Notes: generated by a model not told the origin, from the sequence alone. DNA of 64,000 nucleotides from an uncultured Aliarcobacter sp. (GCA_963677435.1 OY781945.1:608001-672000), one strand, 5' to 3'. Positions 1 through 13,197 are shown, counted from the stretch's first letter. Translations and numbers: made by a program.

Positions 1-2
1 CA

Positions 3-623
3 AAATATGCATTTGAACAATTAGGATGTGTTGTAGAAATCATTTGGCATAAAGAAAAAAGTATTCCAGCTGATACAGATTTATTAGTAATCCCTGGGGG
101 GTTTTCTTATGGAGATTATTTAAGAAGTGGTGCAATCGCTAGATTTGCAAATATTATGGAATCAGTTCAAACATATGCTGCAAATGGTGGAAAAGTTTTA
201 GGAATTTGTAATGGATTTCAGATTTTATTGGAAGCTGGATTATTACCAGGTGCTATGAAAAGAAATGATTCTTTACATTTTATTTCAAAATATCATACTT
301 TAAAAGTAATTAACACAGATAATAGATTTTTGTCTTTAATGAAAAAAGATCAAATAGTTAATATCCCTGTTGCTCATCATGATGGTAACTACTACATAGA
401 TGCAAATGGATTAAAAGAACTAGAAGATAATAATCAAATCCTTTTAAAATATTGTGATAAAGATGGAAGTTTAGTTAATATGAATGGTTCTGTATCAAAT
501 ATTGCTGGAATTTGTAATAAAGAAAAAAATGTATTTGGTTTAATGCCTCATCCAGAACGAGCTATTGAAGAACTATTAGGTTCTATTGATGGTGTAAATA
601 TGTTGAAAGGTTTTTTACAATAA
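3..623 (+). CDS. purQ: Phosphoribosylformylglycinamidine synthase subunit PurQ (5'-truncated by window edge)
   Basis: Frame is open from base 3 (KYAFEQLG...PGGFSYGDYLRSGAIA); GICNGFQ and MPHPER glutaminase motifs. Confidence 0.96.
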   Translation, partial: KYAFEQLGCVVEIIWHKEKSIPADTDLLVIPGGFSYGDYLRSGAIARFANIMESVQTYAANGGKVLGICNGFQILLEAGLLPGAMKRNDSLHFISKYHTLKVINTDNRFLSLMKKDQIVNIPVAHHDGNYYIDANGLKELEDNNQILLKYCDKDGSLVNMNGSVSNIAGICNKEKNVFGLMPHPERAIEELLGSIDGVNMLKGFLQ

Positions 624-652
624 TGAGTTAATCTCATATTGTAAAAACTAAA

Positions 653-1723
653 ATGAAAAAAATATTAAAACTAGTTATTTTATTAAATATTTTTTTATGT
701 GTAAATCTTTTTGCTTCAAAAAATTTATATTTATCATATAATAAAATACCTACAAATGTATACAAAAATCAAAAATTTGAAGTAATTGTTAAAGCTTTAA
801 TTACTACTAATAATTTTGATGAACTAGCTACTACTTTCTCAAATTCATCAAATATAACAATTCTAAATGCAAGTAATCCTTGGAAAAAAATATCAAATGA
901 TACATATGAAAATAGTTATTATTTTAAAGTAAAACAAGGTAGTTTTAAATTCCCTGATATTAGTGTTAGATTGATGAATAACGGAGCTTTAATAGATGTT
1001 AGTGAATTATCAGCTCCATCAATTAGATATTCAGATATTGCAAAAGGTGATGATAGATTCTCAGGAGTAATTGCCGATGAATTTATTCTAAAAGCTTACA
1101 AAACAAAGCAGTATAATAATAAAGAAGCATTAACCATTATTGATGTGGATGCAGTAAACTCAAATTTAGAAGATTTCAAAATCAAAGATATTGACGAACA
1201 AGGTGTTTCTAATATAAAAGATTATGAAGAAAAAGAAAATTTAGTTTATTATTTTGTAACTCCAATTTACAAAAAGAAAGTTGTTATTACATATTATAAT
1301 AGTAAAACAAAAAGTTTTAAAGATGTAACAATTCCATTGATTTTACAAAATGAATTAGTTAGTACACAAACTGATTTAAATCCAAATGATTCAAGTTTTG
1401 AAAGATACAAAAAAATAGCTTTACTTATATCTTTTATTGTCTTTTTACTTCTATTTATATGGAAAAGAAAAAAATTACTTTTATTTATTTCTTTAATATT
1501 TTTTGTTCTTTCAGTTATGTATTTCTTACCTAATAGTAGAGGAATTGTAAAAAAAGATTCTTTTGTGTATATTTTACCTACAAAAAATTCAACTATATTT
1601 TTTAAGTTAGAAAATGATCAAAAAGTTGAGATATTAGAGAAAAAAAATGGATTTATGAAAGTTTTAGGGCTGGATAGTGATTTCATAGGTTGGATAAAGG
1701 AAGATAGTTTTGGCACGAATTAG
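653..1723 (+). CDS. Exported/membrane protein with C-terminal SH3-like domain
   Basis: Signal peptide, two late TM helices, C-terminal ...GWIK SH3b-like end; sits between purQ and plsC as in Campylobacter. Confidence 0.6.
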   Translation: MKKILKLVILLNIFLCVNLFASKNLYLSYNKIPTNVYKNQKFEVIVKALITTNNFDELATTFSNSSNITILNASNPWKKISNDTYENSYYFKVKQGSFKFPDISVRLMNNGALIDVSELSAPSIRYSDIAKGDDRFSGVIADEFILKAYKTKQYNNKEALTIIDVDAVNSNLEDFKIKDIDEQGVSNIKDYEEKENLVYYFVTPIYKKKVVITYYNSKTKSFKDVTIPLILQNELVSTQTDLNPNDSSFERYKKIALLISFIVFLLLFIWKRKKLLLFISLIFFVLSVMYFLPNSRGIVKKDSFVYILPTKNSTIFFKLENDQKVEILEKKNGFMKVLGLDSDFIGWIKEDSFGTN

Positions 1724-2396
1724 AGGAATCATATTATTTATACAATTTTCAATAACTGTAGCAATTACTGTTGTTTTAATGTATATATTTAAAAATCATA
1801 CGCACAAAGTAATAAAAGTATGGATGAGTTTTCAAATGTTTGTTTTAGGAATAAAATTAGAAACACAGGGAAAACTTGATGAATCTTGCGATATGATTTT
1901 ATTAAATCATCAATCTTTACTTGACATTATTGTAATGGAATATATACACTCAAGAGATTTAGCTTGGGTTGCAAAAAAAGAGATAACAGATTTATTCTTT
2001 TTTGGACATATCATTAAAGCTCCAAGAATGATAAGTATTGATAGGGAAAATAAAGCTGGAATAATTAACCTTTTAAAAGAAGCTAAAGATAGACTTGACA
2101 AAGGAAGACCAATTGCCATGTTTCCAGAAGGAACAAGAAGTAATGGGAAATCAATGTTAAGTTTTAAACCAGGTGCAAAAATATTAGCTAATAAACTTAA
2201 TCTAAGAGTTCAACCAATAGTATTGTTTAATACAAGAAATATTGTAGATTCAAAAAAAATGTTAGCAACTCCAGGAGTTGTAAAAGTTGTATATTTAGAG
2301 CCAATACAAGCTAATAAAGATACAGATTGGTTTGAAAAAACAGAAGAAAATATGAAAGCTGCTTTTAACAAAGAGTGTAACAACTATGTCTCTTAA
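1710..2396 (+). CDS. plsC: 1-acyl-sn-glycerol-3-phosphate acyltransferase
   Basis: NHQSLLD and FPEGTRS motifs. Confidence 0.93.
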   Translation: MARIRGIILFIQFSITVAITVVLMYIFKNHTHKVIKVWMSFQMFVLGIKLETQGKLDESCDMILLNHQSLLDIIVMEYIHSRDLAWVAKKEITDLFFFGHIIKAPRMISIDRENKAGIINLLKEAKDRLDKGRPIAMFPEGTRSNGKSMLSFKPGAKILANKLNLRVQPIVLFNTRNIVDSKKMLATPGVVKVVYLEPIQANKDTDWFEKTEENMKAAFNKECNNYVS

Positions 2397-2772
2397 TTGG
2401 TCTATGGTCTTAGCAATTGGCTTTGGAGGATTCTTAGGTTCAATTGCAAGAGCATATGCTGTGCATTTCACAAATAGATTTTTCCCATTGGAATTTCCTT
2501 TAGGTGTACTATTAGTTAATTTAATAGGATCTTTTATAATTGGAATATTATTTGCTTATTTCTCAAACTTCACTGTCTCTGTTAATCTAAAAGCATTTTT
2601 AACTACAGGTTTTTTAGGTGCATTAACAACTTATTCAACTTTTGCTATCGAATCATATTTATTATTAGGCACTTCAATTTATTTAGCCCTTGCAAATATT
2701 ATATTAAATTTAGTAGGAACAATAGCCGCTGCTGGTAGCGGATATAAGATAGTGCATTTCTTTTTAAAGTAG
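2386..2772 (+). CDS. crcB: Fluoride channel Fluc/CrcB
   Basis: 4 TM helices, GFLGALTTYSTF motif. Confidence 0.92.
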   Translation: MSLNWSMVLAIGFGGFLGSIARAYAVHFTNRFFPLEFPLGVLLVNLIGSFIIGILFAYFSNFTVSVNLKAFLTTGFLGALTTYSTFAIESYLLLGTSIYLALANIILNLVGTIAAAGSGYKIVHFFLK

Positions 2773-2837
2773 AAGCTACAAAATTTTTTTAAGCATTATG
2801 TAGTTATAATAATACAAAATCAATAGAAGGATATATC

Positions 2838-3068
2838 ATGGGTATGCCAGGTGGTATGGAATGGTTATTAATTGCATTAGTTGTATTGTTGTTATTTGGA
2901 GGTAAAAAAATACCAGAATTAGCTAAGGGTTTAGGTTCAGGTATTAAAAACTTTAAAAAAGCTGTAAAAGATGATGAAGATGAAGTAGCAGAAAATAAAA
3001 AAGCTGAAGAATTAGAAAAAAAATCAGAAAATACTACTGCTGATAAAAACGAAACAAAACAAGTATAA
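2838..3068 (+). CDS. tatA: Twin-arginine translocase TatA/E subunit
   Basis: [24 protein letters not shown]. Confidence 0.95.
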   Translation: MGMPGGMEWLLIALVVLLLFGGKKIPELAKGLGSGIKNFKKAVKDDEDEVAENKKAEELEKKSENTTADKNETKQV

Positions 3069-3077
3069 GAGAAACTA

Positions 3078-4667
3078 TTGCAAAATTTAGTAAAAAAATT
3101 TATTGAAAAAAAATTAAATACAAGTATAGTATTAGAAAAACCAAAAGATATATCTTTTGGACACTATGCTACTCCAGTTGCCTTTTCTTTAGCAAAAGAA
3201 TTAAAAAAATCTCCAATGGTTATAGCAGATGAATTAGTTTTGAACTTAAGTGACTCAGATATGTTTGAAAAAGTAGAGGCTGTAAAAGGTTTTATTAACT
3301 TTAAATTATCATCTTCATTTTTACAATCATTGGTAAATACTGCATTAAATAACAAAGATGAATTTGCAAAACAAGAGAAAAAAGATGAAAAAATCTTACT
3401 GGAATATGTTTCTGCAAATCCTACTGGTCCTTTACATATTGGTCATGCAAGAGGAGCAATTGCTGGTGATTCTCTAGCAAGAGTAGGGAAGTACCTAGGT
3501 TTTGATATAACAACAGAATATTATATTAATGATGCTGGTGCTCAAATGGATTTGTTGGGTTTATCAGTTTCACTAGCTGCGAGAGATTTCATTTTTAAAG
3601 AAGATGTTACTTATCCAGAAACATACTATAGAGGCGATTATTTAATTGATATTGCAAATATAGTAATTGAAAAATTTGGTAAAGATATCATTTATGATGA
3701 AAGTAAATTTAAAGATATTGCATTTTTTGCTAAAGATTTAGTACTTGAAATTATTATAAAAGATTTAAAAGATTTAGGAATAGAGTTTGATAACTTTGTA
3801 TCTGAAAAATCTCTATATTCATCTTGGGATTCCACAAAAGAAGTATTAGAAAAAAATGGTTCTTTATATGAGAAAAATGAAAAAATTTATCTAAAATCAA
3901 CTCAATTTGGAGATGATTCAGACAGAGTTGTAGTAAGAGATAATGGAATTCCTACATATCTTGCAGGTGATATTATTTATCATAAAAATAAATATGATAG
4001 AAATTTTGATAGATATATAAATATTTGGGGTGCTGATCATCATGGATATATTCCAAGGGTAAAAGCAGCTATAGAATTTTTAGGAAATGATTCATCAAAA
4101 TTAGAAGTTATTTTATCTCAAATGGTTCAGCTATTAAAAGGTGGAGAACCTTATAAAATGAGTAAAAGAGCTGGAAATGTGATTTTAATGTCAGATATAA
4201 CTGAAGAGATTGGTGCTGATGCACTAAGATTTATTTTCTTAACAAGAAAAAGTGATACTCACTTAGAATTTGACATTGATATGCTTAAAAATCAAGATTC
4301 ATCAAATCCAATATTTTACATTAATTATGCACATGCTAGAATAAATCAAGTATTCAAAAAATCTGAAGTTTCTCTTGAAGAGATAAAAAATGCTGATTTT
4401 AAAAATTTAAATCAAGATGGATTAAATTTAGTATATGAATCATTATTATTAGAATCAATACTAACTGAAGCATTTGTAAAAAGAGATATGCAAAAGATTA
4501 CTGAATACTTATACTCATTAGCATCAAGTGTTCATAAGTTCTATAATGAGCACAAAGTAATTGGAAGTACTGAGGAAAATGTATATTTAAAAGTTTTAGA
4601 AATGGCAGCCTTAAGTATAAATGTTGGATTAGGACTTCTTGGAATAAAAGCAAAGGAGCAAATGTAA
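3078..4667 (+). CDS. argS: Arginine--tRNA ligase
   Basis: SANPTGPLHIGH, GADHHGY, MSKRAG motifs; TTG start. Confidence 0.97.
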   Translation: MQNLVKKFIEKKLNTSIVLEKPKDISFGHYATPVAFSLAKELKKSPMVIADELVLNLSDSDMFEKVEAVKGFINFKLSSSFLQSLVNTALNNKDEFAKQEKKDEKILLEYVSANPTGPLHIGHARGAIAGDSLARVGKYLGFDITTEYYINDAGAQMDLLGLSVSLAARDFIFKEDVTYPETYYRGDYLIDIANIVIEKFGKDIIYDESKFKDIAFFAKDLVLEIIIKDLKDLGIEFDNFVSEKSLYSSWDSTKEVLEKNGSLYEKNEKIYLKSTQFGDDSDRVVVRDNGIPTYLAGDIIYHKNKYDRNFDRYINIWGADHHGYIPRVKAAIEFLGNDSSKLEVILSQMVQLLKGGEPYKMSKRAGNVILMSDITEEIGADALRFIFLTRKSDTHLEFDIDMLKNQDSSNPIFYINYAHARINQVFKKSEVSLEEIKNADFKNLNQDGLNLVYESLLLESILTEAFVKRDMQKITEYLYSLASSVHKFYNEHKVIGSTEENVYLKVLEMAALSINVGLGLLGIKAKEQM

Positions 4668-4792
4668 TGAAATGGATTTTAACGATAGTGGTAATAATTA
4701 TTGCATATGCAATTTATACAAATAATATGGGTGGAGCAAGAGATGCTGCCTCAAATTATAATAAGCTACTAAGAGGAACACCAGAGAAATAA
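4667..4792 (+). CDS. Small (41 aa) single-TM protein, absent from ORF track
   Basis: MKWILTIVVIIIAYAIYTNNMGGARDAASNYNKLLRGTPEK*; TAATG overlap with argS stop; AAGGAG RBS at 4653-4658. Confidence 0.7.
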   Translation: MKWILTIVVIIIAYAIYTNNMGGARDAASNYNKLLRGTPEK

Positions 4793-4806
4793 TTCTCTGC
4801 TGTTTT

Positions 4807-5133
4807 CTAATTTTCTTTTGTAACTAACTCAGATAAGAATTCTTCTAATGAGTATTTATCTCTATATTTTTCACTCATTAAGTGAATAAACATATCTCCT
4901 AAATCGATAATTGTCCATTCATCATCTTCATCAACTCTTAAAAACTCTTCACCTGTTGGTTTTAAATCAGTTCGTAAGTAGTTTAATAATGCAAATCCAT
5001 GTTTTGAATTTAATGTTGTAGCAATTACAACATAATCAACTATATAGTCTTTTGATGTTAAATCAATTATCTCTATATTTTCCGCTTTTTTGTCATCTAA
5101 TATTTTTTTTATGTTTTCTAATCTAGTATTCAA
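4807..5133 (-). CDS. rsfS: Ribosome silencing factor
   Basis: DDKKAENIEIIDL, WTIIDLGD..IHLM, YSLEE motifs. Confidence 0.93.
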   Translation of the reverse strand: MNTRLENIKKILDDKKAENIEIIDLTSKDYIVDYVVIATTLNSKHGFALLNYLRTDLKPTGEEFLRVDEDDEWTIIDLGDMFIHLMSEKYRDKYSLEEFLSELVTKEN

Positions 5134-5681
5134 AAACTTTTACCTTTTTCTTGAAGATTTAATATATCATCTTTAATTTCTTTTGGAATATAATTTAAAT
5201 CAATTTTATCTCTTAGTGAGGTAGAACTAATATTTATATTTACATCCAAATTTTTAAACTCTTTTGCTTTTTCACTCTCAAAACCTTTTCTTGAAGCAAC
5301 TACAAATTCTACAAGTTCTTTTAGTTTATCAATCTCATGCCATTTATCTAATGATTTTAAATTATCCTCACCTATTATAAAATAAATTTTTGAGGGATTA
5401 TATAAATTCTTTAAATAATCAACTGTGTCGATTGAATAGCTAGTTTTTTGTTGATTTATTTCATAATCACAAACTTGAACTTTATCAAAGTTTTTAAAAA
5501 CTTTTTTTAGTAGTTTAAATCTAGTTTCAGGATTTAAGTAAAAGCTACTCTTGAAAGGGTTTAAATATGTTGGAACAACAATCATCATATCGATATTGAG
5601 TTTTTTTAATGCTTCTTCTACAACTATAACATGTGCTACATGTATAGGGTCAAAACTTCCACCAAATATTGCAATTCGCAC
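5130..5681 (-). CDS. nadD: Nicotinate-nucleotide adenylyltransferase
   Basis: FGGSFDPIHVAH, IIGEDN, ISSTSLR. Confidence 0.95.
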   Translation of the reverse strand: MRIAIFGGSFDPIHVAHVIVVEEALKKLNIDMMIVVPTYLNPFKSSFYLNPETRFKLLKKVFKNFDKVQVCDYEINQQKTSYSIDTVDYLKNLYNPSKIYFIIGEDNLKSLDKWHEIDKLKELVEFVVASRKGFESEKAKEFKNLDVNINISSTSLRDKIDLNYIPKEIKDDILNLQEKGKSF

Positions 5682-5769
5682 CTAATTAAAACCTTTGTAA
5701 TATACTTAAATATTATTATAGCAATTTTTCGATAAAATATCTACAATAAGATTTACATAAAGGGAAAAT

Positions 5770-6765
5770 ATGGCTGTTAAAGTTGCAATAAATGGTTTAG
5801 GAAGAATCGGAAGATGTGTTGCAAGAATTGTTGCAAGTAGAAATGATGTTGAATTAGTTGCAGTAAATGCAAGTGGTAGTGAAGAGATGATTCAATATAA
5901 TTTAAAATATGACACAGTTCATGGACCTAAATTTGATGTAAAAGTTGAAAATGGATATATCTACATTGGAAATGATAAAGCTAAGTTATTAAGTGAAAGA
6001 GACCCTGCTAAAATAGATTTTGCTTCTTATGGAGCAGATGTAGTACTAGAGTGTACAGGAGCATTTCTAACACAAGAATCTTGTCAAGCTTATGTTGATA
6101 ATGGTGTAAAAAAAGTAGTAATGAGTGCCCCTGCTAATGATGATACACCTACATTTGTATTTGGTGCAAATGAAAATACATATGCAGGACAATCAATAGT
6201 TTCAAATGCTTCTTGTACTACAAATGGATTAGCTCCAGTTGCAAAAGTACTTGATGATTCATTTGGAATTGAAAAAGGTTTAATGACGACTATTCATTCA
6301 TACACTAGCTCTCAACCAATTTTAGATGCAAAAGACAAAAAAGATCCAAGAAAAGGAAGAGCGGGAGCTACTAACTTAACACCATCAAGTACAGGTGCCG
6401 CAAAAGCTATTGGTAAAGTAATGCCACATTTAAAAGGAAAATTAAATGGACAATCAATTAGAGTACCAACTCCAAATGTATCTTTGGTTGATTTGACAGT
6501 TACTCTTAAAAAAGATGTAACAGTAGAAGAAATTTGCTCAGCATTCAAAATGGCTAGTGTTGGCTCTTTAAAAGGAATTTTAGGAGTAGATGAAGAGTAT
6601 AGAGTTAGCTCTGATTTTAATGGAGAAACATTATCAACAGTTGTTCCCTTAGATACTATTCAAGTAATTGAAGGAAACATGGTAAAAGTTTTATCTTGGT
6701 ATGACAATGAATGGGGATACTCTACAAGACTTGTAGAAATGGGTATTCACATAGCAACTAAATAA
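5770..6765 (+). CDS. gap: Glyceraldehyde-3-phosphate dehydrogenase type I
   Basis: INGLGRIGR, SNASCTTNGLAP, WYDNEWGYS. Confidence 0.98.
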   Translation: MAVKVAINGLGRIGRCVARIVASRNDVELVAVNASGSEEMIQYNLKYDTVHGPKFDVKVENGYIYIGNDKAKLLSERDPAKIDFASYGADVVLECTGAFLTQESCQAYVDNGVKKVVMSAPANDDTPTFVFGANENTYAGQSIVSNASCTTNGLAPVAKVLDDSFGIEKGLMTTIHSYTSSQPILDAKDKKDPRKGRAGATNLTPSSTGAAKAIGKVMPHLKGKLNGQSIRVPTPNVSLVDLTVTLKKDVTVEEICSAFKMASVGSLKGILGVDEEYRVSSDFNGETLSTVVPLDTIQVIEGNMVKVLSWYDNEWGYSTRLVEMGIHIATK

Positions 6766-6783
6766 TTTGATTAAGGAAATAAA

Positions 6784-7985
6784 TTGAAGTTACAAGAAAT
6801 TAAAAATATTGATATATCTGGTAAAAAAGTATTTATTAGATGTGATTTTAATGTACCAATGGATGAGTATAATAATATTACTGATGATAGAAGAATTAGA
6901 AGTGCACTAAGTACTATTAGATATTGTATAGATAATGATTGTTCAGTTATTTTAGCATCACATTTTGGACGACCAAAAGGTGGATTTGAAGAAGAGTTCT
7001 CTCTGGCTCCAATAGCAAAAAGATTGCATACTCTTTTAAAACAAGAGATAAAAATGGCTCCGAGTATTATTTGTGATGAAACTATGAAAATGGCAAAAGA
7101 ACTTAACTCTGGTGAAATTCTATTATTAGAAAATATGAGATTTGAAATTGGTGAAACTAAAAATGATGAAGAATTAAGTGCAAAACTAGCTTCAATGGCA
7201 GAAGTGTACATTAATGATGCATTTGGAGTTTCTCATAGAGCTCATTCATCAGTTGAGGGAATTGCAAAATATTTTGATATGGAGCATAAAGCAGCTGGAT
7301 TTTTGATGGCAAAAGAGATTAAATTTTTCCATCATATTGTGCATAATCCAAAAAGACCTTTTATTTCAATTGTTGGAGGTTCAAAAGTTTCAGGAAAACT
7401 TGAAGCTTTACATAATCTAGTTCCTAAAGTTGATAAAATTATTATTGGTGGAGGAATGGCTTTTACATTCTTAAAAGCATTAGGACACGAAATTGGACAC
7501 TCTTTAGTTGAAGAGGATTTAATTCCTGAAGCTCTTAAAATAATGGATCAAGCAAAAACTTTAGGTGTAAAACTATATTTACCAGTGGATGTTGTTGCAG
7601 CAGAAAGCTTTAGTGCAGAAGCAATAGCAAAAATTGTGACAATTCAAGAGATCCCAAAAGATTGGATGGGGCTTGACATTGGACCTGCATCTGCAATGTT
7701 ATTTTCAGAAGCTTTAGAAGATGCAAATACTATTTTATGGAATGGACCAATGGGTGTTTATGAAATGGATAAATTTGCAAAAGGAAGTACAAAAATTTCC
7801 CATGCAGTTGCTAACTCTTTTGCAACAACAGTTGTTGGTGGTGGAGATACAGCTGACCTTGTAAGAGTTACAGGTGATGAAGACGAAATGACATTTATTA
7901 GTACAGGTGGAGGAGCATCACTTGAATTAATTGAAGGAAAAATACTTCCAGGTGTAAAAGCTTTAGTAATTGAGGAAGATAATTA

Positions 7986-7986
<1 letters not shown>
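6784..7986 (+). CDS. pgk: Phosphoglycerate kinase
   Basis: [25 protein letters not shown]. Confidence 0.98.
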
Positions 7987-9660
<1,674 letters not shown>

Positions 9661-9747
9661 TAGTATATAGAATAAAGAGAATTAAATTTTACTTTTAAAT
9701 TTAATGAAATTTTAAATTAAGATTTTAAATATAGGATAATTATTATA

Positions 9748-10956
9748 ATGAGTATAAATTTTAAAGAGTTAGCAAATAAATATCAAACGCCTTATTATGT
9801 GTATGATTTTGACCATATTACAAAACAATATGAAGAGTTAAAAGGTGCATTTAGAGCAAGAAAATCGTTAATTGCATATGCTGTAAAAGCAAATTCAAAT
9901 CTGTCTGTAATTAAACATTTGGCAGATTTAGGTGCAGGTGCAGATTGTGTTAGTATTGGTGAAGTAAAAAGAGCTTTAAAAGTTGGGATTGCTCCATATA
10001 AAATCATCTTTTCAGGTGTTGGAAAAATTGATGATGAAATTAGAGAAGCTTTAAATCTTGATATTTTAATGATAAATGTTGAAAGTGATGCAGAGTTAAA
10101 TAGAGTTGAAACTATTGCAAATGAGTTAGGAAAAGTTGCTAGAATTTCAATTAGAGTAAATCCAAATATTGATCCACAAACTCATCCATATATCTCAACA
10201 GGTTTACATGAAAATAAATTTGGTGTTGATATTGACACAGCAAAAAGAATGTATATTCAATGTAAAAATTCTGAAAATTTAGAACCAGTTGGAATGCATT
10301 GCCATATTGGTTCTCAATTAACACAATTACAACCAATTAAAGAATCCGTAAAAATTGTTGCTGATTTAGTAAGAAATTTAAAAGCAATTAAAATTGAACT
10401 ATCTTTTATGGATATTGGTGGTGGTTTAGGAATTGTTTATGATGATGAAACTTTAATTGATACAAAAGAATATGCTCAATCTGTATTAGATAATATGTTT
10501 GGATTAGATATTACAATAATTTGTGAACCAGGTAGATTTATGGTTGGAAATGCTGGAACATTTGTAACAAAAGTTTTATATGAAAAAGTAAATGGAAATA
10601 AAAGATTTGTTATTGTTGATGGAGCTATGAATGATTTAATTAGACCATCTTTGTACAATGCTTATCATAGAATTGAAGTTTTAAATGACAATCAAGAATT
10701 TTCAGATTGTAATTTAGTTGGACCAATTTGTGAAAGTGGAGATTTTTTTGCTAAAAATGTTCAATTACCAAAAACTCAACATAATGATTTAGTTGCAATT
10801 TATAGTGCTGGAGCTTATGGATTTACTATGGCTAGTAATTATAATACAAGAGGTCGAGTTGCTGAAATTGCTATTGAAAATGGAATTGATAGATTAATTA
10901 GAAAAAGAGAAACTTTTGAAGATATAATTGCATTAGAAGAAGAGTTTATAAAATAA
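9748..10956 (+). CDS. lysA: Diaminopimelate decarboxylase
   Basis: YAVKANSN, HCHIGSQ, CEPGR, GPICESGD, MASNYN. Confidence 0.97.
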   Translation: MSINFKELANKYQTPYYVYDFDHITKQYEELKGAFRARKSLIAYAVKANSNLSVIKHLADLGAGADCVSIGEVKRALKVGIAPYKIIFSGVGKIDDEIREALNLDILMINVESDAELNRVETIANELGKVARISIRVNPNIDPQTHPYISTGLHENKFGVDIDTAKRMYIQCKNSENLEPVGMHCHIGSQLTQLQPIKESVKIVADLVRNLKAIKIELSFMDIGGGLGIVYDDETLIDTKEYAQSVLDNMFGLDITIICEPGRFMVGNAGTFVTKVLYEKVNGNKRFVIVDGAMNDLIRPSLYNAYHRIEVLNDNQEFSDCNLVGPICESGDFFAKNVQLPKTQHNDLVAIYSAGAYGFTMASNYNTRGRVAEIAIENGIDRLIRKRETFEDIIALEEEFIK

Positions 10957-10976
10957 TTAGGTAAGAAGGTTTTTTT

Positions 10977-12053
10977 ATGAGTGAAGAAGGATTAAAAGAG
11001 CTAAGAAACAAACTTGATAGTATTGATAATAATTTATTAGAATTAATTAATCAAAGAATGAAAATAGTTCATGAAGTAGGCGCTTTAAAAGCAAAAAGTG
11101 GTGGAGCAATTTATAGACCTGAACGAGAAAAATCAATTATTGATAGACTTGAAAAAATCAATAATGACAATGGTGGACTTTTAAATAGAAGTGCAATTGA
11201 AGCTTTGTTTTTAGAGATTTTTGCCATTTCAAGAAATATTGAATTACCTGAAAATATAGCATATTTAGGCCCTGAGGGAAGTTTTACTCATCAAGCAGCA
11301 GAAGGACGATTTGGTGCAATGAGTTCATATATTTCGATAGGTTCAATTAGTGGAATTTTTAGAGAAGTTGATACAAAAAAAGTAAGATTTGGAGTAGTTC
11401 CAATTGAAAATTCATCAAATGGAATTGTAACAGATACTATAAATTGTTTAAGTAAATATAATTTAAAAATTATTGCTGAAGTTGTTTTAGATATTCATCA
11501 TACTCTGGCAACTACTTGTGATAAAGTAAGTGATATTAAAAGAATTTATTCAAAAGATATTGCTTTTGAACAATGCAGAAAATTTTTAGCAAATTTTGGT
11601 TTAGATGAAGTTGAACAAATTCCAATTGAATCAACTACAAAAGCTGCGAAAATAGCAGCAAATGAACCAGGAAGTGCAGCAATTTGTCCTCATGTTGGGG
11701 CAAAATTACATAATTTACCAATATTATTTGAAAATATTGAAGATAAAGATAATAATAAAACAAGATTCTTTATAATTAGTGATTTTGAAAATGCTTCATC
11801 TGGAAATGATAAAACTTCAATATTAGTAAAATTTCCTGATAGACAAGGAGTTTTAGTACAATTTTTAACAGATTTTAATGAAGCTGGAATTAATTTAACT
11901 AAAATAAAATCTCATATTGTTGAAGGAAATTCAATTTTCTTTATTGATTTTGATGGACATAAAGATGATGAAAATGTTAAAAAGGTATTATTAAAACATC
12001 AATCAAGTATTAAGGTTCTTGGTTCTTATGTAAAAGAGATAAACGATATTTAA
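10977..12053 (+). CDS. pheA: Chorismate mutase/prephenate dehydratase
   Basis: N-terminal CM domain, YLGPEGSFTH, PIENS, NKTRF, ACT domain. Confidence 0.96.
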   Translation: MSEEGLKELRNKLDSIDNNLLELINQRMKIVHEVGALKAKSGGAIYRPEREKSIIDRLEKINNDNGGLLNRSAIEALFLEIFAISRNIELPENIAYLGPEGSFTHQAAEGRFGAMSSYISIGSISGIFREVDTKKVRFGVVPIENSSNGIVTDTINCLSKYNLKIIAEVVLDIHHTLATTCDKVSDIKRIYSKDIAFEQCRKFLANFGLDEVEQIPIESTTKAAKIAANEPGSAAICPHVGAKLHNLPILFENIEDKDNNKTRFFIISDFENASSGNDKTSILVKFPDRQGVLVQFLTDFNEAGINLTKIKSHIVEGNSIFFIDFDGHKDDENVKKVLLKHQSSIKVLGSYVKEINDI

Positions 12054-12078
12054 TTTTAAAATTTAATAGGAAAAGTAA

Positions 12079-13185
12079 ATGCAATTTAATCAAGTATTAG
12101 AAAATGTTACAACTTATGAAGCTGGAAAACCAATAGAGTTAGTTGTTAGAGAATATGGTGTTAATCCAAAAGATGTTATAAAACTGGCTTCAAATGAAAA
12201 TCCTTATGGAACAAGTCCAAAAGTTATAGCTAAGATTAAAGATTCAGTTGAGAGCATGTCTGTTTATCCTGATGATTCAATGTATGAATTAAAAGAAGCA
12301 TTATCAAATAAATTTGATCTAACTAATAAACACATTATCATTGGTTCTGGAAGTGATCAAATTTTAGAATTTTGTGTTCATGCAAAATGTGAAAAAGGTT
12401 CAAAAATTTTAATGGCAAATACAACATTTGCTATGTATGAAATTTATGGAAAACAAACTGGTGCTAAAATAATTAAAACACCAGATGACCAACATAATCT
12501 TGAGCAATTTTCTAAATTATATAAAGAGCATGGAGCAGATGTAATATTTTTATGTTTACCAAACAATCCCTTAGGTGAGTGTTTAGATAAAGATGATGTT
12601 TATTCTTTTTTAGAAACAGTAGATAAAGAAACTTTAATTGTCGTTGATGGAGCTTACCAAGAGTTTGCAGCATTTAAAGATGAGAAAAAAAGAATTGTAC
12701 CAAAAGATTTAATTGCAAATTTTCCAAATTCAATATATTTAGGAACATTTTCAAAAGCATATGGTCTTGGTGGAATGAGAGTTGGATATGGTATTGCTCA
12801 ACCAGAAATTATCAATACTTTTTATAAATTAAGAGCTCCTTTTAATATCACAACTTTAACACTCGCAGCTGCAATAGAAGCTTTAAAAGATGAAGAGTTT
12901 GTAACTGAGTGTATCTCTAAAAATTTTGAAGAGATGAAAAGATATGAAGATTATGCTAATTCAAGAGGTTTTGAATATATCCCTTCATATACAAACTTTA
13001 TTACAATTAAATTTGGTGATAAGTTTGTATCAAAAATGGTTGCACAAAAACTACTTGAAAGAGGAGTAATTGTAAGAGACCTAACTGGATATGGACAAAA
13101 TGCAATTAGAATTACAATTGGAAAAAATGAGCAAAATACAAAAGTATTTGAACAATTAGACGAAGTATTAGAAAAATTAAAATAA
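12079..13185 (+). CDS. hisC: Histidinol-phosphate aminotransferase
   Basis: [29 protein letters not shown]. Confidence 0.95.
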   Translation: MQFNQVLENVTTYEAGKPIELVVREYGVNPKDVIKLASNENPYGTSPKVIAKIKDSVESMSVYPDDSMYELKEALSNKFDLTNKHIIIGSGSDQILEFCVHAKCEKGSKILMANTTFAMYEIYGKQTGAKIIKTPDDQHNLEQFSKLYKEHGADVIFLCLPNNPLGECLDKDDVYSFLETVDKETLIVVDGAYQEFAAFKDEKKRIVPKDLIANFPNSIYLGTFSKAYGLGGMRVGYGIAQPEIINTFYKLRAPFNITTLTLAAAIEALKDEEFVTECISKNFEEMKRYEDYANSRGFEYIPSYTNFITIKFGDKFVSKMVAQKLLERGVIVRDLTGYGQNAIRITIGKNEQNTKVFEQLDEVLEKLK

Positions 13186-13197
13186 AGTATTAAATAA

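Noticed and set aside
2300..2386. Fluoride riboswitch before crcB
   Set aside because: crcB overlaps plsC, leaving no leader, and no motif was seen
6771..7211. 146-aa antisense ORF, and other short antisense/alternate-frame ORFs in the track (e.g. 1910-2119, 25214-25564, 32408-32719, 41492-41776)
   Set aside because: They lie opposite or within well-conserved genes and show no recognisable motifs; shadow ORFs
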